A stretch of 63,945 nucleotides of DNA, filler included, from Thelocarpon superellum (taxonomy: Eukaryota), in the NCBI GenBank assembly GCA_026025795.1. It is 3 parts of 3 records of this genome, joined end to end, with 100 filler letters (N's around TTAATTAATTAA, not from the genome) between each part and the next. Parts side by side here need not be neighbours in the genome. Positions count along the whole stretch, not along the records: positions 25,429 to 50,409 come from JAPEUG010000270.1; 2 more parts are not named here. One strand, 5' to 3'. The translations under genes were made by a program, and so were the position numbers. The notes beneath the pieces are model-generated. The model was given only the letters and a program-made list of their open reading frames with translations. It did not search any database and had not been told where the DNA came from. Shown piece by piece: positions 25,329-37,505 of this stretch; position 1 is the first letter of the stretch; each line of letters begins with the position of its first letter.

Positions 25329-25428
25329 NNNNNNNNNNNNNNNNNNNNNNNNNNNNNNNNNNNNNNNNNNNNTTAATTAATTAANNNNNNNNNNNNNNNN
25401 NNNNNNNNNNNNNNNNNNNNNNNNNNNN
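25329..25428. other. Artificial contig-joining spacer (N44-TTAATTAATTAA-N44)
   Basis: 100-nt N run with a central linker that places stop codons in all six frames; identical to the spacer at 50410. Confidence 0.97.
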
Positions 25429-27577
25429 CGGTAGATGCTGGAGGAGTGGGAAGCATGCGGTCGCTGCCAAAGCTCTCACGGAGCCGCTGCACCAGCCGTG
25501 GCACCTCGACCCCCATCAAGGCGTTGTTGATACTATTTCGGGCAAAGATATTGCCGAAACTGCCGGCCACGACGAGGGGGATGTCTCGCGCTAAGATGGC
25601 CGTGGCCGCCTGCTCCCGCGAACTACCGCATCCGAAATTAAAGCCCGCCACCAGGATGTCGCCGGGACGTGCCAGGGTCGAAAAGGCTGGGTCGAAGTTG
25701 GACATGCACACGTCCGCCATCTGGTCGCGCGTGACGTCATCCTGGTACGTGTATTTGCCGGGGTAGATGCCGTCGGTGTTGATGTTGTCCGCATCGCAGA
25801 AGAGGATCTCGCCCGTGACGGTTTCCGGGAAGCCGGGAAGGACTTCCGTCAGACGTGAAACGGCCGGCGCTTCGGACACAGCATGACCCAGCCCGGTCTG
25901 CTCCGCGTGCTCGACCAGTTCATCCGCCTGCGCGATGATCTTTTCCAGTGCCTCTTCCACCGTCATCATTCGATCTTCTTCTCGGATCCCATCACCCTCG
26001 CCCCGCCGAACGCCTTTGACCCCCGCCGGCGCTGCGTACCACCCTGGCCCACTGATGTGGCCGTGCAGGGCACTGGCGGCCACCACTTCAGGACTGGCCA
26101 AGTATGCTCTGGCGTCGGTGGACCCCATCCGACCTTTGAAGTTTCGGTTACTGGCACTGATGCCCACCTCTCCGGATTCGAGTAAGCCCGTGCCGAGGCC
26201 GATGCACGGCCCACACCCGGCCGGCAGCGGCTTCGCTCCCGCATCGAGGAGAGTCTGCCAGTCACCAGCATCCTCGGCGATCTGCTGTTCTGGTAATGAG
26301 GCCGCGGCAATGTAAAAGGTCACGCCGTCGGCGACGCGAGGAGTCTTCCCGTCCGCAGATTCGTGGGCCCGGTCCTTGAAGACCTTGGCTGCCGCCGCGA
26401 GATCCGATGCCCGTGAATTGGTGCAAGAGACCAGGTAGGCCTTGTCAACGCAGATGTGCTGGGTCTCCAGGATGGAGAGGGGCGTGGCCACCTTGACCGA
26501 GTTCGGGCCGGACACGTACGGGGACAGAGAGGAGAGATCCAAGAAGAGGGACTTGGCGTACTTGGCGCGTCGATCCGCGGCGACGGGGCGTTCGAAGAGC
26601 TCCTCCAGTCGAGAGTGGGCAAACCGAGCCACATCCGAGGTAGCGGCAGCGGGGTCGGAGAGCAGGGCTTGTGCAGTGGCCTTGTATCGGAGCCATCCTC
26701 GCAGCACACCATCCATGGGAAAGAGACCAGACAAGGCACCCCATTCCGTCGTCATGTTCGCAATGGCCAGCCGATCGTCGATAGGTATGCTCCGCAAGGT
26801 CTCATCAGATCCAGCGAACTCAATGGCGTGGTTCAGCACCTCATCATCGTTGAAGAGGCCACACAAGGCCACGATCACATCCTTCCCCGTGACGCCCACG
26901 GGTAGGGTGCCGGCGAAGGTGACCTTGGCGATGGGCGGGATCTGCCACCAAGTCCGTCCCGTGGCCCAGATGCTGGCGGCGTCGGTGCGGACGACAGGCG
27001 TGCCGAGACAGGCTACGCCGCCGTACATGTTGCTGTGGCTGTCCGAGGCGACGGCGAGGGTGCCGGGCCAGGCATATCCCTCTTCCACCATGATCTGATG
27101 CCCGATCCCCCGTCCTGCCGGGTAGAAGTCGACCCCTTGTTGCCTGGCAAATTCTTCAATCTGCCGGTATTTCTTGAGGTTGGTTGGACTTTGATTCTGG
27201 ACATCATGATCCAGCGTCATGACGATCTGCTGCGGGTCGTGGATGTGGGAGGCACCGATGGACATGAACTTCAGCGCCACAGGCCATGAGTTGTCGTGGG
27301 TCATGCACCGATGTGGCGCTAGAGTCACGTAGTCGCCCGCCCGCACGTATCGATCCTTGGCCAGGCCCACAGCATACCGTTGCACGATCTTTTCGGTCAG
27401 GGTTTGCGGGGTGGCTGGAGGGGTGTTGAAGGATGATAGGAACGCTGATACCGAGGGATCGTCTTTTTGAGAGTGGAACACGTCCTGCCTCAATTGACGG
27501 CCAGTGGTATACAGCCTCGTCGAGGATTGCACGGCGGGTCTTGAAAACATTGTATGGGTCCGCCACATCCGCGGCAT
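25429..27577 (-). CDS. LYS4: Mitochondrial homoaconitase, 3' end cut by the contig break
   Basis: [75 protein letters not shown]. Confidence 0.96.
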
Positions 27578-27650
27578 GCAGCAATGGAACGTCTATCGAA
27601 AGAGTTAGTGGTAGACTCTGGATGAAAATATAGCTAGGTTCCAACCATTC

Positions 27651-27897
27651 TGACGTCCGCTGCTTAATGCATGTCTCCACGGTGTCTGGTCGAAACGCAG
27701 GTCAATTTGTTGTCCGACAGTCGAGACGCGAGGTGTTCCACGATTTTACTACTCGCCCTTGGGCTCTTTCGCCCCCGTAACCGCAGCTGAATTGTTCGCA
27801 CTTAGCGTGTTGGAGGGTCAGGTCCAGGGTAGGGTCCGGGGTCAGGTCCAGGGTGAGTAATGACGTCTCGCTAACTGTGGATCTTCGCAAGGAGTCA
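27651..27897. promoter_or_regulatory. Candidate bZIP sites in the LYS4/SER1 divergent promoter
   Basis: TGACGTC at 27651 and 27861; GAGTCA (TGACTC on the minus strand, Gcn4/CpcA core) at 27892. Short motifs, could be chance. Confidence 0.35.
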
Positions 27898-28040
27898 ACC
27901 TCTACTGTGATTTAGTTCAGTTATTATGATCGTGGTGAGGGCTGGACAGGAATCCTCTCCCATCTCCTCCATCTCTCCCCGCTCTCTGGCGGTGATTGCA
28001 CGTTTCACTTCAAAAACCTCCCTCTTCCACGTTACTCATC

Positions 28041-29511
28041 ATGCCATCTCGCTCCGAAATCACCTACTTTGGCGCGGGCCCTGCGCTGCTACCCACCAGC
28101 ATCTTGGAGTCAGCGTCACAGGCCTTGGTCAACTACCAGGGCACGGGCCTGGGCCTCGCCGAGCATTCCCATCGCTCGCCCTTGGCCAATCAAATCCTCG
28201 CAGACACCAAGAACAACTTGAAGACGCTTTTGGACGTGCCGGATGACTATGAAATCTTGTTCATGCAGGGCGGTGGGAGTGGAGAGTTCAGTGCAGTGGT
28301 GTATAACATGGTCGGGGTCTGGGTAGAGCGACGCCGACGAAAGACCGAATTGGAGGTCAATGCGAACCATGCCGACCTGACTCCGATCGAGCGGGAGCAA
28401 GAGGTCACCCGGCGGTTGAGAAAGCAGGTGGACGAGGATCTACAGCTGGACTACATCGTGACAGGCTCGTGGTCGCTGAAGGCCTCGCAAGAGGCCGCTC
28501 GACTGCTCGGGCCGGAGCACGTAAACATCGCGGTCGACGCTCGTGCTGGTCATGACGGCAGATTCACCCACATCCCGGATGAAAAGACGTGGAGCCTGAC
28601 ACCGACGTCTGCCCAGGGCGGCAAGGGCGCGGCCTTGGTGTATTATTGCGACAATGAGACCGTCGACGGGGTTGAGTTTCCCGCCTTTCCCAAGTGCCTG
28701 GAGGGGAACGAGGGCCAGGACGACGACGAGAGATTGGTTGTTGCCGACATGAGCTCCAACATCTTAAGTCGAACCGTGGACGTGCGCAAGTTTGCCCTCA
28801 TTTTCGTGAGTGGTCCCTCCCCCAGAGGGAAGTCGCAACGAGCTGATGGTCCGACCACGGCCAGGCGGGAGCGCAGAAGAACGTGGGGACGACCGGTATC
28901 ACCTTGGTTATTCTCCGCAAATCCTTGCTCCCACCTCACACAGCCTCTCCTCCTCCAGCTCTGGTACGTTCGCTCGGCCTTCCTTTGGGTCCCATCGTCC
29001 TTGACTACGCTACCATCGCCAAAAACAAGTCTCTGTACAATACCCTCTCAATATTCGATGTGTGGATCGCGGGACAAGTCATGGGCGGCCTGCTCACGAC
29101 GTTCGGCAATCGAAAAGTCGCGGGCATGGAGGATCTCGCCGACCGGAAAGCCGTGCTACTGTACGAAGCCCTCGAGCAGTATCCCACTGTCTACCAGATT
29201 GTTCCAGACAAGCCTGCCCGAAGTCGGATGAACCTCTGTTTTCGGGTGCAAGGCGGTGACGCCGAGGCGGAGAGTGAGTGGCTGAAGGGTGCGGAGGATC
29301 GAGGCTTGATGGGTTTGAAAGGCCACCGAAGTGTGGGCGGCATTCGGTGTAGCAACTGTAAGCCCGCGTGACCCAGCCCCTGTCCCCTACGATTACGGAC
29401 CAGGACGTTTATGGCTGACTCGCTGTGATGACAGATAACTCGATCCCTATGAAGGGGGCTGGGAAGCTGGCCAAATACATCGAAGAATATGCACAGAATC
29501 GACGGGCATGA
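28041..29511 (+). CDS. SER1: Phosphoserine aminotransferase, 3 exons
   Basis: YFGAGPALLP, EHSHRS, TGSWS, NETVDGVEF, DMSSN, GAQKNVG (PLP lysine), SLYNT, LKGHRSVGGIR. Confidence 0.96.
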
Positions 29512-29524
29512 TCCTCCTCACGCA

Positions 29525-30809
29525 TCAGAGCGCCGCCCTCGGATCCAGACTGGCAATGTCCGCGCTCTTTGCTCGACCGTCAAAGACAAACTCGCTCATG
29601 AGTTTTCCGGTGCCAGGGCCATTTTGAATGCCCCAGCAGGTATGTCCTGCGGCCATGAGAAGGCCAGCGACGCCCGTCTCACCCACCAGCGGCCCTCTCA
29701 CTGCCCCCTCGACGTTGGGCAGGTAGCAGGCCTGTCGTACGAGGACCTCGCCATTGCCGAGCTCGTCCGAGATGGATGAAACTTGGTCGATGATTTTTTG
29801 ACATCGGCGCTCGTCTACCTGCACCAGGTCTGTTGAGGCTGGTAGCGGCACCTCCACGTCGCCCTCGCCACATGCATACACCTCGTCCTGCGGTCGTGCG
29901 TAGATCTCCGGAGTCGCTCGTGTGCCGCGCTTGGAACCCGGCTCCTCAATTTCGGTGAAGAGGGCATATGCCGACACGGGTCGTGATGGACGGATCGTGA
30001 CGCTGTGAGCGCGCAGGGCCGAGATGGGCGCAGCCGGCCAGATGCGTTGGGTCCACGGACCGGCCGAGAGCACGACTGTGCTTGCAGGGATGGTGTGGAG
30101 CTTCGAGGTCTGCTGGTCGCGGTAGGCCACTGAGCGAACGGCACCATTCTCGACGACGATGTCGGTGACGGATCCTAAGTGAATGTGTGCCCCCTTTTCG
30201 GTGGCCAAGGCTGCCATGGACGTGGTGAACTGGAAGGGATGGACCTGCGCGGTTGTGTCCGGGTCGCCCATCGCCTCGTATTCCTCGACGCTTTTGGCCA
30301 CAACCCAGTCGAGGTCTGCCGGAAGTCCCGCGGCCTGACGCGTGCTCAAGGTCTCCTTGTCTCTCTTCTGCAGCGATACCGACGCCCCGCCTCCCGCGTA
30401 GCCTTTGGTCAAGTTTCGGGCCCGGGGGCGCGCTTTAGCGACAAGTTGCCCACAGTGAAGGCGGCGGTAGCCCCACCGCTCCTCCCCACCGTGCTCTTGG
30501 GCAAGCTCGGCATGTAGGCCATAGCTGAGCGGGACGAGGCAGCTCGGGTAGGCCCAGAGCGCCAATAGTCCCCCAGCGCGCCCGGACGACCCACCGGCGA
30601 TCTTGCTGGCTTCTAATACGGTAATGTGATGTAGCGTGGGATCATACGCGGGATGCCGAGTTAGATAATATGCCGTGCAGCACCCAATGATGCCGCCGCC
30701 TGTCAGAGACGACCGGTTAGACAAGACTGGGTCATGGTCGGCAGGGTCGATCAGGCTGAAGGGGCACACCAATAATGACAATGTTCCTCGGCTCCGATGA
30801 GCTCTCCAT
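29525..30809 (-). CDS. FAD-dependent oxidoreductase, DAO family (Tda3-like), 2 exons
   Basis: Spliced NIVIIGGGIIG; SGRAGGLLA, TAQVHP, PEIYARP, QACYLP, GHTCWGIQNGPGTGKLMSE. Confidence 0.9.
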
Positions 30810-31111
30810 TTGACCTGCGACTCCCCTGCTTCCTTCTGCTCACGAAGGGTGATACCTTTTCGAATCACAAGTGTGATGAAGACGGGTGATTGGGACTGGA
30901 GATGAACTACGTTACCGCTTTTCGCCACTCACCCCACGTTTAATCGACAATCAACCAGGACATTCGCCTGAATTGACGTCAGAGTTTATCAATAACAGTG
31001 TCGTCCCTGTGTTCCCGCCTTTCCTGCTGAAGGGGCTACGCGGCCGACCATGTAACGGCACCGAGCTACCCTTGTCCTAACTCTTCACTCTCGGATGGCT
31101 TGAAGACGAAC

Positions 31112-33043
31112 ATGGCCAAGGTCCGTGCGGATGTAGCCGGCGTGCAGACAGGGCCGTCTCGGACAAACCCTATGAGCGGGCCAGCACGGGTGGCTCGTTT
31201 GCGTAACAATCTCGTATGTGCGGATGGATCCCGCCTTCCACATCACATTGATTATTGACCATTGCCGTAGATAGCCTTATCCCAGACGCAGAATCTCTAC
31301 TTTGAAGCTCGCAACGATCACGTTCACGTCCATGTCCCCTGCTTTCCGACTCAGGCCTTGCCAATCTGCCCACACCTCGACCTCTTACTCCCTGTCTCTG
31401 CACACTCCTTGCGCGGTTACATCGATCAACAATGCCCTCACGCCGTCAACCATCTGATGGTCGGAGACCTCGGCAAGGAAGAGATCCTCCTCTGTGCGTG
31501 CGATGATGGGGACGTTCTTGGCTACTACACCCGGGCGATTGCCGACGCCGTTGACCGCGACGGAGAGCCCATCCCCGGGGCCCATGTGGAAAGTGGCTGG
31601 CTCAAACCCTTTTTCATTGCCAATGTGGGCCACAGCGCCTGGGGCCTGGCCATCAACAAGGCCAGCCGACTGATCGCTGTCAGTGCCAACACCCACGAGA
31701 TCACCGTCTTCTCTTTTGGGCTGGCCGACGGGCAAAGAGCGGCGGGAGGAAGGGTGGATGTGAACCTCAGCGCTCCCTCCTCAGACACCAATTGGGTCGA
31801 CGTTACGGGCGAGGCTAGAGAAAACGTGGCGGGCGAATATCAGAGGACGACACTCTCGACGCCATCCCTGGCGCCGCGTGCGCGAGAACACAACCAGCGG
31901 ATCAGGCTGCGGGGCCACGGACAGAACGTGCCTAGCGTCTCCTTCCTGAATGATGCCGCAGGTGTGCACGATCGGTGGCTGGTCAGCACGGACATCGAGG
32001 GCACGATGATCGTATGGGATATCTGGTCCCAGAAGATTCGACGACGGCTGAGCTTTGACGATCGGCCGTACTCCCGTTTCTTTGGCCGGCAGATTCACAC
32101 GGTCACGCGCGGATGGGGGGTGCTCTGTCTCGATCTCTCCACCTTCTCCTTGACGGACAGCCTGCGTGAAACGTTCGGCTGTGACCTTCCGTTTCGGATG
32201 GCCTCACGAAGAGGAGTTCGGGATTTGTGGCCCGTGGCGCCCGAAGAAGAAGAATCCGGAATAGACCGCTCGGTTTGGAACCCAGCTTCGCACGCGCGTA
32301 CTTCGATCGGCGCCGCCCCTGATTTTGTACTTCCCATGGATCAGGACGATGATGAGAGCATGGACTTTGGCGATGACGAATCAGAAACCTCTTCCGACGC
32401 AGCCACCGATCACCCGGTAGGTGAGGGCATGAGCTGTGAGTTCAGCGACGAGCCAGAAATTTGCGTCGAGGCAGGAGAGCTGGATGACAACGGTCCGCCC
32501 CCCTTTGCCATCCTGCATATGACGGAGCGGACGATCCGATTCATGCCCGACAGTCTAGCAGAACCCACGGCCGTATACGCCCATGCGATGGCACAGGACC
32601 TGACGGCACCTGCCCTCTTCGCCCTGCGGCCCTTCAAACGACTCAACTTGATTGCCTCGATCCCCGAACTTGGCATCGTCGCCGTCGGCACGCAGATGGG
32701 TCGCGTCGCCCTTCTAGCCCTCACCCGACTGGCGAGAGACAAACGGCCGGGGTTTCGGGTCGATGCCATCCTCCCGCTACCAAGCCAGGAGCGACAGGCG
32801 ATCCGGCCATTGCAGGCACTTCTCGGCGTCGCGGCGGGACCCATCCAGGGGCGGGAACGGGTGGCGGATACGACGAGGTCCGAAGCGCAGTCGAACCCAC
32901 GCCTCCTGCACCAGCACTGGAGGCGCGTCGAATCACGCCGGCGCTACCGCCTGATGATGACGTACTATGACGGCACCGTCTTGAGCTATGAGATTGGCCG
33001 CTGTCGCGACGAGGAACGCCGGCGACAGGTAATTGCTGTATGA
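31112..33043 (+). CDS. CRT10: CRT10-like WD40/beta-propeller protein, 2 exons
   Basis: RNNLIALSQ..NLYF, HAVNHL..GDLG.EEIL..DDGDV, SAWGLAI, AVSANTH.ITVF, IPELG..GTQMGRV, RYRL..YYDGTVLSYEI. Confidence 0.82.
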
Positions 33044-33195
33044 TCTTGTGTCAAGCGTCGCTTGGATTTGGCGCTCTCTAGGACGACGGTCATCTAGGTC
33101 AGATCGGAACAGGGAATGCGGGCCATGCGCAGGTGGAACGTCATCTGCGCGGATCAGACGCCATGCTCTAACAGTCCCAACACGTAGTATGAATG

Positions 33196-34089
33196 CTATC
33201 GTACTTTCTTGCCCGAAGCCACGTCCTCCTCCTCTTTCACAACCGCTCTTCGCTTCTGCCTCCGCCCGGACTCCCACCTAACCCATCCGGCGTCGACCAG
33301 ATCCTCCGTCACGATGAGATCACGCACGCGAAACATACGCACGACGTGCAAATCGAGCAAAACATCCAAGAGGCCAGAGCGGCGCACCCACGTGGTGAAC
33401 AGGAACCACGCCACGGCGCAGCCAGTCCCCGCCGCACAGCCCACCAGCACCTGCTTTGGCGTGTGGTAGTTCAAGTAAACGCGGCTGGCGGAGACCGCGC
33501 CGGCGCCTACGAGCGCCAGGACGGACAGCAGCGCGCGCATCTGGAACGTCGTGGGCGTGTGTGTGGTGCTGGGCGTGGGCTGGTGGCGTAGCAGCAGGAA
33601 CAGCACGAGTGAGACCGAGAAGTACCACACGAATTGCGCGTGCGATGATGGCATGCCGTACCCTTTCCCGTTCATCTCTGTATGATACCATCGTCAGTTT
33701 CGTTGGTGGGGAGAAGAGGAGAGGAGGCGGGGGAAAGAGAGGGAGGGGGGCAACGCACGTCTCGGCCGCTCCTCCTTGATCCACCGCTTCAGTCCCCAGT
33801 TGAGCCCTTCGCATGCCATCTGGCCCGCGAACATGGATACGATCTCGACCTCACGCGAGGCCCAGATGAGCGTGACATAGACCGCGCACAGGCCTTGTGG
33901 CACCAGGGCCAGCCAGGCGCAGAAATAGGAGATTAGGTCATCGGGATCCTAGAACGGACGAGATATCAGTACTGGGTTGCGAAGACGCGTAGATGCGATA
34001 CGTGGGATGGAGGAGATTGGGGGACGAACATAGTGGACGTGTGTCAATGACAGCGATGCCAATGGGCGTGGCTCATAAGCATCGGACAT
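33196..34089 (-). CDS. CAX4: Dolichyldiphosphatase (PAP2 family), 3 exons
   Basis: LASLSLTHVHY, KRWIKEERP, GYGMPSSHAQF, SRVYLNYHTPKQV. Confidence 0.92.
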
Positions 34090-35263
34090 GTCGGGCTCGC
34101 GCAACGGTCGTTGTTGCCCGTGTCGAGCGTTCGCACTCCAGCACGCGACGAGGACGGGATAGTTAGGATACTGGTGGTCGCCCACGCAGCTACCAGCCGG
34201 GGCCGTGTGGCTCCCCAGACAGGACGGATCCCTCCTCGGGAGACTTGTGGTGCGGTTATGCCGCCAAGATCCCTGGTCGATCTGTGTGCCGTGTACGACC
34301 AGGCGCTTCAGGTCCTCGCCCCACGTTTGGGCGATAAGTTAAGGTGCGCTTAACTGGACGTGGCTAGAATTGTGAGCGTACGCTTGAGATGGTGGTCCAC
34401 GGTTAAGGCATTAGGACATGAACCGACCTGAGCAGAAGTGTAGATACACGGGGGTGGAAAGGTATGACAGTCCTCAGGTCTGAGAGATGCCGTGGCCCTT
34501 TTCTTCGAGGGACCGCGCCTTATTCACACACTTATAGTCCTGTACAGGTTGCAGCGGACAAAGACTATGGAGCATGCAGGCGTAGGTGCACAGGCTTCTT
34601 TGTATGAGCTGGGTAGCAAGCTGTGTTTCATTCGAGTACTTCGTACGAGTACCTAGCATACTCCTTTACGCTCCACCGTTAAGCTATGCTTAGGTGAGTC
34701 GACGGAAGTACTTCGTACTTCGTACTCGCCTTACTGGCAGCTGGCAGACTCGCCTCGGTTCAATCAATAACTCACCGTCAACTAACTAGGTGCTTGCCTT
34801 AACTGAGGACGCCGACTCTCCACTGAGCTTAGGTAACATGCTTGGGTGCGTTTCCAAATTGGCCACCCCCGTCGATAGATTCATCCATCGAGATCATGAC
34901 ATGTAGATCCCGTATCCGTCGATGACTCACACCGTTCTAGTATGCTCTGTACATCGCCCTCACGTGCATCTGTCTACCTTGACCCTTCGTCTTGAAAAGG
35001 TGAAATCACCGGACGGGGTCTAGCTTCCAATTCTATCTCTCAGCGTCTTTCACTCGGCGCCCGACTGTGTGATCTGTTTCTCTCGTCGCTGGTCGCCAAT
35101 CGTTCACCCGTATTGAAGAAAAGATGCGATGAGCTGCGTTATCAGTGGCTAAGAGAAGACTCGCCATGGGACGCCTCTGGACCGTCGCGTCATCAAGAGC
35201 ATCTCTCTGTTTGACCGGCTCCCGCTCGCTCGATCCGAGGCCTGATCAAGCCCGGGTGCTGTT

Positions 35264-37033
35264 ATGAGCGTGGCTTCGAGGACGGCCCTGTCCAACTGTC
35301 CTCGGCAGCCTTTGATCATGGACACGCTCGAGGATGTTCGGGTCGCAGACGAGCGTCACGAAGAGTTCTCATCCCTTCTCGCCATCTTCCCAGAAATGGT
35401 GGTGGATTCCTTCGTCGCCACTCTCGATCTTCAAGTCGCCCCAGTCGAGCCAGTGGGCGTCGTCTTTTCGCCTACCATCCGAGGCCGCCTTCATGATACC
35501 GTTCCTCACAGTGACGAGGTCAACGGGGACGACGTGCATTTCCTCTCCTACCTCCCACCCATCACGCTTCGCGTCGAACTTCCCTTTGGCTACCCCACGC
35601 GGGAACCCCCCGTCCTCACCCTTTCGTCATCACCAGCCTGGATCCCTCACGCCACACTGCAACGCCTGCAGAGCGAGGGTATTGCGCTGTGGCGCGATCT
35701 AGGCCAAGACCAAATCATCTATGCGTTCATCGACCACGTTCAGCAAGCGGCGGAGCGAGTCTTCGACCTAGCGGACACGAACGCGAACGGGGAGGCTCGA
35801 GTGGCGGCAAGCGCCAATCTCAGGATTGCCATGCTCGACTACGACATGCAGGCCAAGACGGAAGATTTCAATCGCCAAACCTTTGAGTGCGGCGTGTGCC
35901 TCGATCCGAAGAAGGGCTCGACGTGCTTCCGCCTCCCGTGTTCGCACGTTTTCTGCGTCAAGTGTCTGCAGGATTTCTACAATACCTGCATCGCCGAGGG
36001 CGACGTCAACTCGGTCAAATGCATCGACCCCGACTGCGGCAAGAGCTCGGGAGTGGTGCCGGGCGTGGCGGAGACGGCGGGGCCGAAGAAGAAGCGGGAG
36101 GTGATCCTGGGGCCGACGGTGCTCCTGCAGATCCCCTTGGAGGCGTCCGTGGTCAAGCGATTCGTGGACCTCAAGCGGAAGGCGGAGGCGGAGGCTGATC
36201 CCAGCACGGTATACTGTACCCGCACATGGTGTCAGGGCGTCGCCCGGACGAGTGAGCTTTCGAAGGAGGGGGCGAGGGAGAAGACCAAGGGAAAGTCCAC
36301 GGGGACTGACGGAGGGAAGAGCAGGGGATCGGAAGAGGAAGAGGAAGAGGGCGAGGAAGAGGAGGACTCGCGGGAGCGCCTCGCCATCTGCACGGTCTGC
36401 GGACTCGCCTTCTGCCGGATCTGCAAGGCGGTGTGGCACGGGGACCTCCTGGAATGTCGGCCCCCAAACCCCGCCCTGGTGACGGCGGAAGAACAGGCCT
36501 CGGAGGAGTACCTCCTGCATCACAGCTCGGCGTGTCCAACATGCTCGGCGCGGTGTCAGAAGACGTCGGGCTGCAACCACATGATCTGCGTCAAGTGCCG
36601 GACGCATTTCTGCTACCTCTGCGGCGCCTGGCTGGAGGAGCACAATCCCTACGCGCACTACAACACGCTCCACAACGGGTGCTACATGCGTCTGTGGGAG
36701 CTGGAGGAGGGAGACGGGGTCGACGAGTCCGCTCCGGCGGCCAACAACCACCGCGGAGCAGAGGCGATCCAGGCGCCCGCTGCAGCCGTGGAAGCTGGAC
36801 GGCCCCAAGGCATCGGTGGCCGTCCACGCGACGCCGCACCGGCACCGGCACCCGCCCCCGCGCCTGGCGCCCGGGTCCCTCTTCCACGCGCCGTCGACCA
36901 CGAGCACAATCCCGGTCTCCGTCGCTTCCTCGAGTTGGTGGAGAATGACGAGGAGGACGAATGGGACAGTGATGAGATGGGTGAGGAGGGAGATTTGGAC
37001 GGAGACGAGTGGGACATTCCATTGCGATGGTGA
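35264..37033 (+). CDS. ITT1: RWD + RING-IBR-RING (RBR) E3 ubiquitin ligase, Itt1/RNF14-like
   Basis: RWD (EEFSSLLAIFPE, LPFGYP..PP), RING1 CGVC..CSHVFCVKC, IBR, RING2 CPTC..GCNHMIC..C..HFCYLC. Alternative start at 35318. Confidence 0.9.
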   Translation: MSVASRTALSNCPRQPLIMDTLEDVRVADERHEEFSSLLAIFPEMVVDSFVATLDLQVAPVEPVGVVFSPTIRGRLHDTVPHSDEVNGDDVHFLSYLPPITLRVELPFGYPTREPPVLTLSSSPAWIPHATLQRLQSEGIALWRDLGQDQIIYAFIDHVQQAAERVFDLADTNANGEARVAASANLRIAMLDYDMQAKTEDFNRQTFECGVCLDPKKGSTCFRLPCSHVFCVKCLQDFYNTCIAEGDVNSVKCIDPDCGKSSGVVPGVAETAGPKKKREVILGPTVLLQIPLEASVVKRFVDLKRKAEAEADPSTVYCTRTWCQGVARTSELSKEGAREKTKGKSTGTDGGKSRGSEEEEEEGEEEEDSRERLAICTVCGLAFCRICKAVWHGDLLECRPPNPALVTAEEQASEEYLLHHSSACPTCSARCQKTSGCNHMICVKCRTHFCYLCGAWLEEHNPYAHYNTLHNGCYMRLWELEEGDGVDESAPAANNHRGAEAIQAPAAAVEAGRPQGIGGRPRDAAPAPAPAPAPGARVPLPRAVDHEHNPGLRRFLELVENDEEDEWDSDEMGEEGDLDGDEWDIPLRW

Positions 37034-37505
37034 TGACCCGTCTCCTCCGGTTACGAACAGACATGGAACCAACCGCATCTGTCGGCGTTGCATGGATCTG
37101 AAAGAGCCCAACGAGACTCGTTCTATACTTCCCTAAACAATTGAAAACCGAACCTGCGCAAAGACGCACGTGAGAGAGCAAGCAAGCGAGGATCAACTCC
37201 CGTTCCAGCGCACCCGTCTGTGGACCTGGTCCATCATTGCCAACATGGATCCACGGTGAATGAAACCCTCTCAGGGATCTTGGAAGCGACAGGCTCTCCA
37301 GATTACGTATGGGTAGATCACTTGGTCCATTCGATCCGATGTATCCTGTCCGGGCGCATGTCTCACCATTCGATAAGACTTGCGCTCCGTGTCTACCGCT
37401 GTAAAATGCCCTCAGCTGGACACATCGCTCTATCGTAGCATACCATCGAAAGCCAAGGAGAAATTCCTTGACAGGTGGATGAGACTACCTCTATCTAAAG
37501 GAGCC

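Noticed and set aside
25373..25384. TTAATTAATTAA as a piggyBac target site or biological motif
   Set aside because: Centred in N runs and repeated identically at 50454; a synthetic six-frame stop linker.
21974..30809. FMO + aconitase-family + aminotransferase + FAD oxidoreductase as a secondary-metabolite cluster
   Set aside because: LYS4 and SER1 are primary-metabolism genes, there is no PKS/NRPS/terpene core gene, and the FMO is on a different contig.
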